Shown here piece by piece: positions 47,547 to 60,781 of a stretch of 64,000 bases of DNA. The position numbers were made by a program, and so were the translations under genes. Where the stretch lies: NCBI GenBank assembly GCA_001179505.1, contig CDMY01000562.1:269362-333361 (forward strand). Reading direction: 5' to 3'. Each line of letters opens with the position of its first letter. The stretch's first letter is position 1. The DNA is from Vitrella brassicaformis CCMP3155. Lineage: Eukaryota; Protista; Chromerida. The notes beneath the pieces were generated by a model. The model had not been told where the DNA came from. It ran no database searches and saw nothing but the letters and a program-made list of their open reading frames with translations.

Positions 47547-50500
47547 ATGGAGACCAAGGAGAAGATTGTGCGGTCCCGAAGGTTTGCGAGTGAGAACCTC
47601 AACTGCAAACGAGAGTACCGCGAGAGCTCCCTCAAGGAGAAGACGCTCATGGAACAAGTCCAGAAGTTCGAAGTTCAGGTGGGCACGTCAGACGACGTTG
47701 CTGCCTGCCTGCCTGCCTGCAGTGTTGCCTGCACTGCACCCATCGATTCAGCTGTCACTCTGTGTCTGTGTGTGTGTGTGTGCGTTCAGTTCCGCACTCT
47801 GTATGGTCCCCGTTTCCTGTTCCTCGCCCCTCCCAACGAGTTCGGTATCAACAAGTTCCTGCCTACCACCGTGCGGCCAACCAAACTCTCCTACAGGTAT
47901 GCGTCAAGGAGTGCACACAGTCCCCATTCACCATTCATGACTGGACTGGGCTGGGGGGGGAGGGGGGGGTGCAGGGAGTTGTATGACTACCGCAGCTGCG
48001 CCGCTTTTTTGTCGGACTTGCTGGGCTACGAGCATCTTAATCCGCCTGACGAGCACCCGCCGGTCATCCCCGCACCTGCTACTGTGCTCAGATGGCAGGC
48101 AAGGCACAACACCACACCACGCAATCACATCGATGAAAGCACGGATGGATGGATGGATGGCCTCTCCATATTCTGGCAGACGGGCGACTGTTTCGACTTT
48201 AGCATCGTGCTGGCGTCCCTGCTCATCGGTGAGCAGGTGGGCGGGAAGGCAGGCAGCCAGGCAGCAGAGACCTCACAGCCACTTGTCGGTCGTATGTTGA
48301 TACAGGTGTAGGGTATGACGCCTACTGCGTGAGCGGGACTGCCCCGCGCACCATCACACTGCGGGACGAGGCGACTTTCCAGTGCCCCGAGTTCGATGAA
48401 ACCACCGGGGAGACAATACATTACGTGCCCCTGACCGCCTCCTCACCCACCATTTCAACCGGCGCCAAACTCTGGGCGGAGACTGCCGTGCCCTCATGCA
48501 TGTCTGACAGAAAAGATGTGAGTTTCTTTGTGCTATGCATCGTCCAAGCAACAGCACTGTGGTGATATGCATGTGTTGGTTGTGTCGATCGTCGGCCGAC
48601 AGGGAGGGGGCGAGGGTGCGGATGATGGCGTGTCGGTGGCGCCATCCCTGGCCGCCCCGAAGGAGGGCGAGAAGGACCCGACTGATGTGGTCATCAAGCC
48701 CAAGGAGGCGCCCAAGTCGCAGTTCATCGAGAAGATGCAAAGGGAGAAGGACACCAAAGAAGCCGAGGAGAAACGAATCGTGAGACACAAAGAGATACAT
48801 GTTCTCTCTTTGCGGCTTTTCCTGTCACCTCGTCTAGTGATGTATGGATCTGTTGCTCGTCTGTGGGTTTGTTCAGGCGCAGCAGAGCGACAGTGAGGAT
48901 GAGCCGGAGGAGGACAAGGACCCGATGGAGGGCAAGAGGCTCCACGCATGGGTGCTCCTCAGAAGGGGACCAAGGGACGTAAGCAAGTCACACACACACA
49001 TGGACGGGCACACACCTGGTGGCGCGAGATATATGCTGGCTGCACGGGTGGATGGACGCGGACAGACACATATGTATGTGTGATGTCGTGTGCAGGTGTC
49101 TGATGATTTGTACATAGAGCCGACCACAGGCCGGCTGTATTCGCCCCAGGCCTGTCCCTACCACAGCATCGACCTCATATGGAACCACAAAAACCTCTGG
49201 GTCGGTTGGTGGGTTGGTGGGAGGCCTGCACTTTCCCTCCTTCATCTAGGTGCACGTGGATACATGTGTGTCGGTCTGTGTGTGGATGCAGGTGAACCTG
49301 CAGCGCGGTCCGATGAACCAGTTGAGTCTGGAGCTGTTCGACTCCCGGTGCTACGAGTACGTCATGCCCGACATCAGAGTACAGGACAGAGATGCAGACA
49401 AGGTGCATACCTCGGGCACAAAGGGACAGACAGACAGGCAGAGAGTAAAAGACGATCCTCAATGTCTCCCTCTCTCTGTGTGTGCGTGTCTGTGTGTGTC
49501 TGTCACATGTATACATGTGAAGGATAATGACGACGCCAACGAGAATGAGGACGAGGCTATCGCCCCGCCGATGCCCGCCATGACACCCAAGTCGCCACAC
49601 ACCCCGGCACTCAGCGCACCAGTGGCCAAGCCGTCCCTCGAGGCCGCCGCCGGCGGCGAGCAGACCCACCACCCTGCTGTCCAGGTAGGTAGCTAGGCAG
49701 GTAGGCTCTGACGAGACAGAGACACGCGGAGAGACAAGCGGATGGTCGTTTGGTTGCTCAGACCCTCGACTTGCCGCCCTCTTGGTCCGAGCCGATAGAG
49801 ATATCGCGGGAGAAATTCCAGCAGCGCCTCTACTCGAGTGAGGCGACACACACAAATGTGGCGCGCGTCTAGTTGGATTGATGGGTGTGGGAGTGGGTGT
49901 GGGTGTGGGAATGGCCATGCAGACGAGACGACCAAGTTTTACGAGAAGCTGAAGATCGAGCGGTACACGGCATACTCGCAGGCAGACGGGCTGGTCACAC
50001 GAGTCAGCGTCTACAAGGACACGCACCGCACTGTGCCACTCACCATACGCGAGTCATTCAGCCACAGAAGGTAAGCAAGGTGACTGGCCTTTGGTCATCA
50101 CACCACCCATGCCATTCCTCTGTCCTGCGCATGCATCTGCACACACAGGGACAAGTTGGTGCAGCGCGTTCGCATCCCCCGCGAGCACAAACTCATTGAG
50201 ATATTCGCACCGGGGCGGCCGGGAGCACTCAAGCGGTTCGAGCAGGTCAGTGAATGAGCGGCGCTCCACGGTGACTGACTCACTGAGTGTGTGAGTAGAA
50301 AGAAGGCTTACCGCGGAGCCTTTTCTGCCGTGTGTCTGTCTCATGCATGTCACTCACTGGTGGCAGGTCGAGGCGCGGCGTCGCGAGATGACATTCTACA
50401 ACTCGCGGCTCGACGGACTCATCAAACACGTCGAGGTCAGTCAGACAGGCAGTGAGAGAGTGAGTTGTGAGAATGAAATGACACAGAGAAAGACACAATC

Positions 50501-52717
50501 CGTCTCTCACAGCTGATAGGGGAGAAGATCTTTGAATACTTCGAGGAGAGAGAAGACCGGTCAGTCGGTGGGCCGCACGGCACGACACCGCACGGAACGG
50601 AAGGGGCACCATATCCCGACTCAGTCAGTGCTGGTGTGTGATGGACGCAGCATGACGTATCACTCCATCACGCTGGACCCGGGCCTCAAGAACGCCAAGG
50701 ACTTCCTGGAAGTCGAGACAGGCGAGCTGCCCATCAGAAAAATGACACAGAAATTCGCAAGGAAGCCAGACGTACGTATTCTCTCGTACCCACACAGACA
50801 CGCACACACAACACGCAGACCAGTGTCGGCTCTCTTTTTTCTGTTGCCAGTATGAATGGCTGCGTTCGTTCGTGTGTGTGTGTGCGTGTGTACAGGTGTT
50901 GGCGGAGCAGGACGTGCAGAAGCTGGTGTTTTACCTGAGTCAGGGGAAGGTTTGCGTGTACTTCCACACTGACCCCGGCAGGGTCGTCACGCCATCACTC
51001 ATGTTCCAAAAGGCACCACACACACACTCACCCAGTGGCGCCTACACATCCCCAATGCATCGCATCCACGGGTGTGTGTGTGTGTGTGTGTCTATATGCA
51101 GGTTGATTCAGTCATGAAGCTCGATGAGGACTACCTCCGCTTCAAGAAGGGCCCGCCCATCCCGCTTCCCGCCCCGCAACAGGTACTCAGCGGGGAGGGA
51201 GAGCGAAAACTTGCTCGAGCCCTTCGTTCTGTGTCTCTGTGTCTTTGCGTCAGATCCAGAAGCTGCTTCATCTGCAGAAGGACTGTCTCCTCACCTGGAA
51301 GGCCACAGCGCTCTCAAACGCATACAGCCAACACGCCGTACGCACTCTCTCTCCTCTACACATACAACACACGGCACACAGCACACAGCACACACCAGCA
51401 TGTCCTATACTCATTGCAGACGCGGCGTCAGGAGGAGCTGAAGATCTCGTCGCTCCGCTACGCCGCCCACCACCAGCAGATGCAGCACAAGGCAGCCACA
51501 ACCACAGCCGCAGGCGCCGAGCCCGGTGCCGCCTCACCGGTTGCAGCGCCTGGCGCGGCCCCGTCCGGCCCGGCTGAACCTATCGACTTCTTTGGTAGCG
51601 CGAGAAGAGTCATGGATCGATTGTTCTGACAACTGAGCATTCAATGGATACGATACAGGCCCCAACGGCATCCTCGAGAAGAGTGTGTATGACCTGGCCA
51701 GGGAACAGGCCCAAGAGGAGTCGCTGGGCGAGGGAACCGAGGAGGAGAAACAAGCCGAGGAGGCCAAAAAGGCCAGACAGACAGACGGACGGACGGGCTG
51801 ATATGATCGATTGCCTGGTGTCGGGGTGTGGTGCAGGTTGACACATTGGCGCCGTATCTATTGGAATTCCCTGGTAGGCGGTGAAGACGAAGCTATGGGA
51901 GGAGACATGAATCATGGTGTCTTGTGTGTGTGGTGTTGTCTTCAGGCAAGACGATCGACGCCATGACCGCCGAGATGATCGCCAAGAAATGCAAAAACGA
52001 CTTCAGAGTACAGACACACATCCTCACGCTCGCGCACGCGACACCATCTACTTTCCCTCCCTCTCCTCCCCTTGTGTGTCCCCCCCTCGCCTCGCTTCCC
52101 CTTGCCGTTCAGAAGCGTCTGCTTGACCGTGCAGCCATCATTCAGCGGCGGCTCGAGGAGGAGCACGACCAGCTCAGAAAGAGAAGGGTGAGGGCGCACC
52201 TCGCACGAAGATGGATCGCAAGTGTGAGCGTCTTCTGTCTGTCCATTTCGTCGCTCAGGCTGCCCTACAGCGCCGTGCAGAGGGTCCAAGCCCCGGTGCT
52301 GGCCCCGGAGCCGTCGACAAAGATGAAAAGGGCTTCGAGCAGTACCAGAGTGAGGCCATGTTTAGGATACAGATCCTCGAACAGCGCCTTGCCAGACATG
52401 AGATGCAGGTCAGAGAGAGGCGGTCGGTAAATGAGTAGGTGGCTTGAGACACCAGACAGCCCCTGTCTCTCCTGTCTGTCTCTCTGCGCGTGTGCGTATT
52501 TTTCCAGGCGATTAAGAAGTTTGCTGAACTGGAGAAGTTTTTGGCCGAGGACCCCCGGCTGGCAGCCATGTGGCAGAAAGGTACACACACACACACACAC
52601 ACACACACGAGCGCGAGCCATTCCGTGTGTGCCTGTCTCGCGTGTTGAATCGACTCAGCTGATGCGGGCCGGACCGAGAGCCCCACAAAGCTGCTGGCAA
52701 CGGGAAGGAGGAACTAG
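47547..52717 (+). CDS. DRC7: Dynein regulatory complex subunit 7 (CCDC135/FAP50)
   Basis: ESSLKEKTLMEQVQKF, PPNEFGINKFLPTTVRPTKLSY|RELYD, VLRWQ|TGDCFDFSIVLASLLIG|VGYDAYCVSG, HAWVLLRRG, IEPTTGR, IDLIWNHKNLW, C-terminal coiled coil IIQRRLEEEHDQLRKR and FRIQILEQRLARHE. Confidence 0.92.
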
Positions 52718-53985
52718 CCAACCATACAAACGGCCGCCCAGCTGTCCTCACGACGTCGTGTGGTGGCAGAGATGGCAGCTGCAGCAGCTGAACCTCAATT
52801 CACATGATGCATGTACTTCGTGTGGCCATGGTGGAACGAAGCAATCATTACGTCTCGATCGGGCTGGTCGCCGCGTCTGTCTGGTTGATTGACCTGACTT
52901 GGTTTTGGAACGCGCTTTGTGTCAATCAAGTCAAAAGAAACACTTCGAGAACACATCCCTGGCTGGCTGAGCCGACAATCTTGCCCTTAACCACCACCAC
53001 GATATCTTGACTTTGACTGGCTTGATGGACTGATGTCAATGATTCGAACAACCTACCGCACGTATCAAGGTCAATTGAGGGAGAGAAGAGAAATGTGTCT
53101 GCGCCATCGCCATAATCATCAATCACAGTCACGATGTGCAATACACACACTGCGGACTACAGAGAGAAAGACAGAAGACAGACAGAGAGGGAGAGGGTTG
53201 AGAGAGAGGGAGGAAGGGAGAGACGACTCAGCTCCCATTTACCCGAACCACAGCAATTGACAGACACACCGACAGGCAGCTAGAGGCGGTGCTATGATAC
53301 ACATCAGGCCACCCCCCCACCCCTGCCCACCCCCCCAGCCCCCCACCTCAAAAGCAGACGCACATATTACCCACACCCTCTCTCTCAGAGTAGCAGTGAG
53401 GTGAGTGGCACCTCTCCATCCATCCATTCATCCATCGGCAGAGCCGTGCGCTCATGACTCAGCTGACTGCTCTGCCCAGACACATACAAAGAGACATCGT
53501 ATGTGTGTGTGGGGGGCGGGGGATTGGCTGAAAGGGGATGAATGTGTGGATAAGGCTGGTGGGATGGAAATGGACTCAACTCACTCACCCTCTCAGTGGA
53601 CCGAAAGACTAGATGAGTCGCCAGGCGCCACACAGACAGACAGACAGACACTCAGGCAGACAGGCAGGCAGGCAGGTACACAGGCAGACCATTTTGATTC
53701 AATCAACGAGATCTGAGGGCCTTGCCTTGTGTAGAGCCGCGAAAAAAGGTCAACCGCGATGGATGGATGCCCGCCCGCCCGCCCCACACACGCACCGTTC
53801 TTGGTGCCGCCCATGCTAGAATGACTCCTCTCTCCCTCCCTCCCTCTCTCCCTCCCTCCCTCCCACAATCACAACAAAAGCCCACCGATCCACCCACCGG
53901 TGACCGACACGCATATATGTATGCATCAGCGACGCGGCAAACACATACGCGGCAAACACATACCACCGGCCCCTCTCGCCCCTCC

Positions 53986-55991
53986 TCACACATGGCCGTC
54001 GCTGGCCGCGTGTGTGCCGCCCTCGGCGCCGCCCCCGTGTATCAGCACGTCCACCGCCACCGCCCCCTCTTCATGCGATCGCCGCCTCCTCCCCCTCACA
54101 ACCACGCCCACACCCACACCGCCATCACGAGAGTCCTCCGCCCCATCGTCGCCGCCGCCAGCACCAGACCCACCACTTCCACCCAGACCAGCGATGCTGC
54201 TGCCGTCCTGCATTCGGTCCCAGTGCCATGGCGGTGAGCTTGCGCCAGCGTTGCGCACTGATGACGAGCTGGCGGGCTCGGAGTCGGTGCTCATCACTCG
54301 GTGAAGGGCTGTCAGGCGGCCGAGCGATGAGCGAGAGCTGGTGTGTGGGTGGCCGCCTGGGGCGGGCGACACTCGTGTGGATGGATGGCCGTGGCTGCGC
54401 GGGTGAGGGTGACCCAAAGGCTGCATGCCCAGCCCTCCGACCGCTGCCGAAGGCTCTCCTGCCGGCGAGCCGACTCCTTCGGCCCTCTGAGAGGACGAAG
54501 ACACGAACGGGGGCGGGACGTAGCCAGAGGCAGGGGCGGCGGCCTGCCCCGATGAGGACGCTGACGCAGGGGCGGCGGGGGTGGGGCTGCTGGCGAACAT
54601 CCAGGGGAAAATGGTGCTGGCCGACGAGATGGTCGGCGCCCGGCTGGCAGACGAGCCCAGCCCCTCGTGCGGCGGCCCGTCAGGCAGCTCACCATAGCCA
54701 CTAGAGGCGTCCGCGTCCCCCGCCTCCCCCATCGCTGCTGTGCCATGGGTGCCGAGGATGCCCGCCAGGAATCTGCCTGCGTTGGGGGACACCTCTCGGG
54801 TGGACGGGGGCGGCTGGTCTGCCTGGCCGTCGGTCTGTGCGTTGCTGTCGCCTCCTGCGGAGCGTGGCTCGCTGGACCTGACGCTCATATTGCAGTTGGG
54901 GCAGATGGCCTTTTGCCGCAGCCAGAGGTTGATGCAGGCCGTGTGGAACTGGTGCGGGCAGTTGGGCAGAGACGTCACCATCTGACCCACACAGATGTGG
55001 TCCTGCAGGCAGACACAGAAAGGGCAATGGAGGGAGGGAGGGAAAGGCTGTGCTTCTGCTGTGCGGTGCGCACCCCACCGCAGGTACCTGGCAGATTGTG
55101 CAGAAGTCGCATCCGATCTCTGCTGGGTCGTGCAAAACCTGCACACACACACACACACACGCGCGCGCGCAAGCGCCACACAGATTAACAGCACGATCGG
55201 CCCTGTCGACGCACTCGCTCGCCCGCTTCACTAACCGTTGACCGCAGCTGCTGCAGCTCGCGTGAGTCGAGCCCGGTGCCAGGGTTGAAGAAGGACAGCG
55301 TCTCGAGCCGCCGCCAGTTGAGGAACATCTCGAGGGATATCACGATGGCCAGGCAGCCGAAGAGGATGGGCAGAGCGACGAGGAGGTAGGGGGGGAACCC
55401 CGGCAAAAAGAAGCTCTGGATGGCCGTGGTGCAGTTGTACAGAATCCACACCACAAACGCCACGCAGATCTTGCGGTTCCATATCCTCATCCCATACGCG
55501 TAGGCGATGCCGCTGAGGGGCAGCAGGTTGGTCACGAAGACGTAACAGAAAAAGATTATGAGGTCCCCGGTGTTGGCGAAGGGCAGCCGTGAGATGCCCC
55601 CGCACGCCAGCGTCATCTCGAGCTGCATCTGCAGGGAGCTCATCATGACGGCGTGGAACCGCAGCGCCCCCAGAAGGGCGAAGTAGAAGGGGAGGAAGCT
55701 GAGGTGCGCCACCCACAGCTGGCCGGTCTGGATGGCGACGAGCACGATAATGGGGGCGAGGAGGAAGAGGCACCCCCCGATGCGTGTGATGCCTCCCGGA
55801 CAGGCCAAGGCGCACATGCAGGCGAATCCCACGGGCAGGAAGACCCAGTCGAGGCCAATCTCGGGAAAAAGCCACGTGCGGGCGCCAAGGAAGGCCGGGA
55901 ACAGCACGAACGCGTTAAACGACACCAGCGCCGTCACCACCAGAGTCCGCCGGATCACCGACACACGAAGTCCGGTCCCAAACTCATCCAT
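53986..55991 (-). CDS. Multi-pass membrane RING-H2 zinc-finger protein (putative E3 ligase) with a long disordered C-terminal tail
   Basis: Several hydrophobic segments in the first exon, then spliced CDFCTICQ|DHICVGQMVTSLPNCPHQFHTACINLWLRQKAICPNC, a C3H2C3 pattern. Confidence 0.88.
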
Positions 55992-56172
55992 AGCAGAGCT
56001 CTCAGGTCCAATTGACTCAGCTAACCTTCTCAGCTTCACCTTCTCCTCCCCCTTTCGCCACCAGCAGATTCGCCGTCCTTTGCTCGCCCGCGAGCTTGAA
56101 AGCGATCGCTCACGTGCCGGGAAGGAAAAGAGCGGCAACCACGCGTTAACGATGACTAAGGGCGGCGGGAGT

Positions 56173-56640
56173 ATGACGCACTTGAAGAAATCAGAGCTCA
56201 TTGACATCCTCAACAACGCGACCACTTCCAGGGGTAACGAACGCACAGGCAGGCAGGCAGGCAGGCAGGCGTGCTGTGACGTGCGGACGTGTGTGTCTGT
56301 GTGAGCAGATAAGAACCGTGCGGTCAAGGCGCTGAAGAAGTTCACTCCGGTAGAGAAGAAGGATTTCGACGACGAGTGCCAGCCGCACCTGTTCAAGCAG
56401 AAGAAAACCGATGTTCTCCAGGCGTTCGTGTGCTTCCGGTGCGACAAGGTGCGCTCGCCTCATCTCATCCAGCCACACACACTCAACAGTCACTGCATGC
56501 GCGAGGCACACGATGAGAACGTATGGTTTGGTTTGGTGGCTGCAGGTGAGGCAGACGTACATGAAGGTCATCTGGACCACTTCCAAAGGTAGGTGTGTCG
56601 ATGCAGGCGACGGTCACACAACATCCACCCACTATATTTC

Positions 56641-56671
<31 letters not shown>

Positions 56672-56800
56672 TGTCTGCGTGTGTGTGTGTGTGTGTGTGA
56701 CTCAGGTGTCAAGACCATCTGCCACACGTGTTTCAAGAACCTCGAGTCCAACTACGAGCTGGATGGCCTCAGGAAGCAGACACGCATCGCCGTCGGATAA
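56173..56800 (+). CDS. Small basic C4 zinc-finger protein (~110 aa), function unknown, 4 exons
   Basis: Clean GT-AG exons give ...FVCFRCDK|VRQTYMKVIWTTSK|GVKTICHTCFKNLES...; pattern CxxC-x21-CxxC. Confidence 0.8.
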
Positions 56801-57853
56801 ACACACACAGACCAGACCGATGGCCGATAAGCAAGCACGGGAGGGAGAAGAGTTCTGTCTGGTAGAGGGAGGGAGGGACGGGTATGCCTTTGTATAGAGA
56901 GGGAGGGAGATGCCTAATTAATTAGCTCACGAATGGATGGATGGATGGATGGATGAGGGGTCCCCAGTGTGCGTTGCGCGCCCCTGTGTGATTTCTGCTG
57001 CCCGTTCATGCCATGCGATGCCATGCGATCCTTGATGTCGACTGGAGTCCTCGTGCGCTTGCGGACGGACCGCCGTCTTCTTTGTGTGTTGGATGGGACG
57101 CCATGGTTTTGTTATCTTTCGCGCCTCTTGTCTTTATCTCCATGAAGGAGCGTGGCTTGTCGTGTGAATGTCTCCGGACACTTCGTGGAGTCATGGTGCT
57201 CCAGACAATGAAACACGCGTGGGGCTCGAGATCCGTGTCTGGTGTGTGCGTTGAAAGGAAAGAGGGACGACCAAACACGTACCTGATGTACGAGTCCAAC
57301 ATGAAGGCAACAACCGAAACAAAGCAACCAACGATTGCGTGTCTCGTAGATCGCAAGACAAGCAAGCTCTCCTGCCGCGTTGATTGCAGCCCCCGTGTCA
57401 ATTCACTCTCACAGAACGTTGCGAATTCGTGGCTCGTCGACGAAGGAACGAAGCATCCCAGGTAGCCATGACAGCCACAGATGACAGTCACAGGTCCACG
57501 AATGACGTCATGCTCTGGTCTGTCAGTGTGTCTGTTGCGTTGCGCTGCGTGTCCACCCCCTCCACCCCACCCAGCGCCGCCAGGCTTCAGGTAATCATTG
57601 CGGACACAGATCTATCTATGGGATAAATGTTGGAATCAATCGTGCTGCTGGTGCTGGTGTTGTCTGTCAGACCCACCACAGTCAGACGGCTGACAGCGTG
57701 TGTGTTGCTCTCCTGACACCACAGCACTCCCTCAGGTCAGTCCTGAAGGGACGGACACACAGCAAAGGAAACGGCATATGACTGTTGGTGAGTACTGATT
57801 CTCGCTGCTGCTGATGTGTGTGTGTGTGTGTGTGTGTGTGTGAGTAGCTGCCC

Positions 57854-58811
57854 ATGGCGACGGAGGCCATCATGCAGATCCTGACGGACCCTTCCCCCGA
57901 CCTGACGTGCCTCAAGGGCCACTGCGAGCAGGTGGAGATCCTCACGACAGCGGGATCTGACAGCGGTGCGACCGAGCAGGCCACCATGTACACCATCCAC
58001 ATGCTCGCCTGCCTCTACGAGGACGACGTCCACGGCGCGCGGTTCCTCTGGAAGCGCATCCCCGCCTCGCTCAAGAGCAACGCCGACTTGAGTGCCGCTC
58101 ACCGTGTGCTGGAGGCCAAGTGGAACAACAGCCAGGGCGGGGCCTTCGAGCACCTCGAGGGGCATGCCTGGAGCGCACCCGTCAACGTCCTCGCACACGC
58201 CCTCTGCCGTAGGCAGCGGGAGGCCACGCTGGGGCTCATCGGACGGTCAGTCAGTGAGGGTGGGAGGGATGGGAGCGGTGGTTGGCTAGCTGGCTGGCTG
58301 ATGGATGCTGTGTCCCGCATATCTGTGTGTGGTGCGTGCGTGTGTCGATCAGGGCGTACAAGTCGATTCGTCTGGATGCGGCGTGCAAGCTCCTCAACAT
58401 GCAGCCCAACGACTCCATGCAACTCTTCCAAGGTCAGAGAGTGACACACACGACACAGATCAGATCAGATCCACTCAGTCAGCCTTGTGAATCCATCGCT
58501 GTCTGTCTGCCTGTCTGTCTGTCTGTCTGCTTCGGTCGCTCACTTCAGCCAAGGGTTGGCGCGTGGACACGTCGGCCTCGCCGTCGCCGCTGGTGTACCC
58601 CATCAAGACCTCGACGTCCGTGGCGAGCGCCGCCCAGCAGTTCGACAAGACGATGCACCGGTTCTCGCACTACATGGCCTTCCTGGAGCAGCTGGAGCTG
58701 CAGGGGCAGGTGCAGGCTGGCGAGGCGGGGGGCGCCAACGGCACGGCGGGGGCCAGTGGCGGGGGCGGCCGCCGGGCGGTGACCAGCGGCGTGCACCAGC
58801 GGATGGGCTGA
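57854..58811 (+). CDS. CSN8: COP9 signalosome subunit 8 (PCI domain)
   Basis: DDVHGARFLWKRIP, LIGR|AYKSIRLDAACKLL, GWRVD and FSHYMAFLE resemble CSN8 family motifs. Confidence 0.85.
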
Positions 58812-59825
58812 AAGAGAGAGGGGAGAGGTAGAGGGGGGTCTGCAGGGCTGGGATGGGCTGGGCTCGGATGGATGGGGGGTGGGTGGGCCTTGTGTATCCT
58901 AGTCAGACAGGGAGAAAGAAACGCAGGGAGGGAGGGGGGGGATGCGGTAGATAGATAGATAGCTGATGAGTGGGTGGGGCCTTCCCTCCTTCAAGTGATA
59001 TGTCTTTCGGGTGGGGTGAGGTGCCGGTGGGTGCACCGCTCACTACGTTCTCCTTGTTTGTGAGTTCTCTCGGTTGGTTATCTATCGCCCCAACCGGGAG
59101 AGCAGGAGAGGCTGGGGGGCGAAATGGGGTGGCATGCCCGAGTCGGATGGAGCACAGAAAGCAGGAGGAGAACAAGGTAGGTAGGTAGGTATCACTGCTC
59201 GTCCTCCGTGTCTGCCTGCCTGATCGACTGACTGCATTCGTGGCTGCATTGCATGCTGTCTACCTGTTAACGCCCTTTATCGGTCTCGGCTCTTGTCTGC
59301 GTCCAATCCCCCCGCCCCCCCTATCTGTCTGACACGCTCCCCAGCCAGCCAGCCAGCCAGCCAGCCAGGCAGCCGCACACGCTGCACGCGCCACACAGCA
59401 CACACCGTCTCTTCACAGACACAACCTGTTTGTGTCTCTCACTCACTGACTGACCCATTGGTATGTTGACCCAGCACATGCACACACCACACCCGACAGA
59501 CACAACGCCACACGAATGCAATGCACCAAATACACAAGCAAGACCACACACCACACCACAGCAGCGTGTCGAGCAGAGCAGAGCAGAGCAAGTACCACAT
59601 CAATCACCCCGACCTTTGCAAAGAAAGCGCTTCAACAAAACAGACAGACCTACGTCAACAGCCTGCACCTACGAGGGCATTGGGCATTGAATGAGTGACC
59701 AAACACCTCACACACACACACGGCGCTTCAACGCGATGAAGCAGCCATCCATCCATCCAGCCATCCATCCAGATCCATCTCAAGACTCCATTGATTGCAC
59801 CACACCACACACACCAACTGACTAA

Positions 59826-60745
59826 CTACAGCATACGAGGTGATGGAATGAACTCGGTGGTCGTTGAGGGGGCGGGGGAGGGCGGACAGACGTCAAGGGC
59901 CATGCCGGTGGGCTGCAGGGCCACCGGCTGGCACGGCAGCTTGTAAGAGATGCCCAGCTCGCGCATCGTGGACAGCAGATGCAGAAACAGCGACGATCTG
60001 GCGCTGTAGATGGCACCCACCTCGCCCCAGCTGCTGACATGGGTGGCCCACGCGCCCACCTGACACACACACACACACACACAGACAGACAGACATCTGT
60101 GTGTGTGTGTGTGTGTGTGTGTCGGTGTCGGTGTGGTGGGACAAAGGAAGGGCTGGTTGGTGGGGTCGGGTGGTGTGGCTTGGCTTGCTCGACCCGCATG
60201 TGGTGGTCCGGCTGTATGTCGTAGACGTTGATGGTGGGCCCCGGCAGCCAATCGGCGGGGCTCTTCTGGCAGTAGTCCGCCAGCCTCCCCCTCAGTGCCG
60301 CAAACTGCTCACCGGATGTGTCGCTGCCCATGCTGTTGATAAAGGAAGGGATACACACACCCAGCCAAGCCACACAGACGAGACGTGAGAGAACGCATCC
60401 ATCTATTCCATGGGTGTCAGTCAGTCAACGCGCCGGCCACCCCACCGACCTGAAAATCATTTCGAATTTGGCCGGGGGCGACTTGCTCTCGTTGGTGATG
60501 GTGGCCGTCGAGAGTTGGAAGTTGGGCATCGACACCTGCAATCAAACCATTCAATCAGCCAGTAAGCCAGCCAGCTATTTGACGGCTGGTTTGGGACCTC
60601 TATGGCCCCGCGGAGCGACAGGACAGGACGGACCTGTTTGTTGTGCATGGTGACGAAGGTGGAGCTCATGACGTTGATGCGCTTGACGTACATCGGCACG
60701 CCCCCATTCACCACCACTCTGTCGCCGATGTCCATCGGGTGCTGA

Positions 60746-60781
<36 letters not shown>

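Noticed and set aside
57006-57491. Overlapping 150-aa (+) and 161-aa (-) ORFs between the Zn-finger gene and CSN8
   Set aside because: No homology signal and no convincing splice model on either strand.
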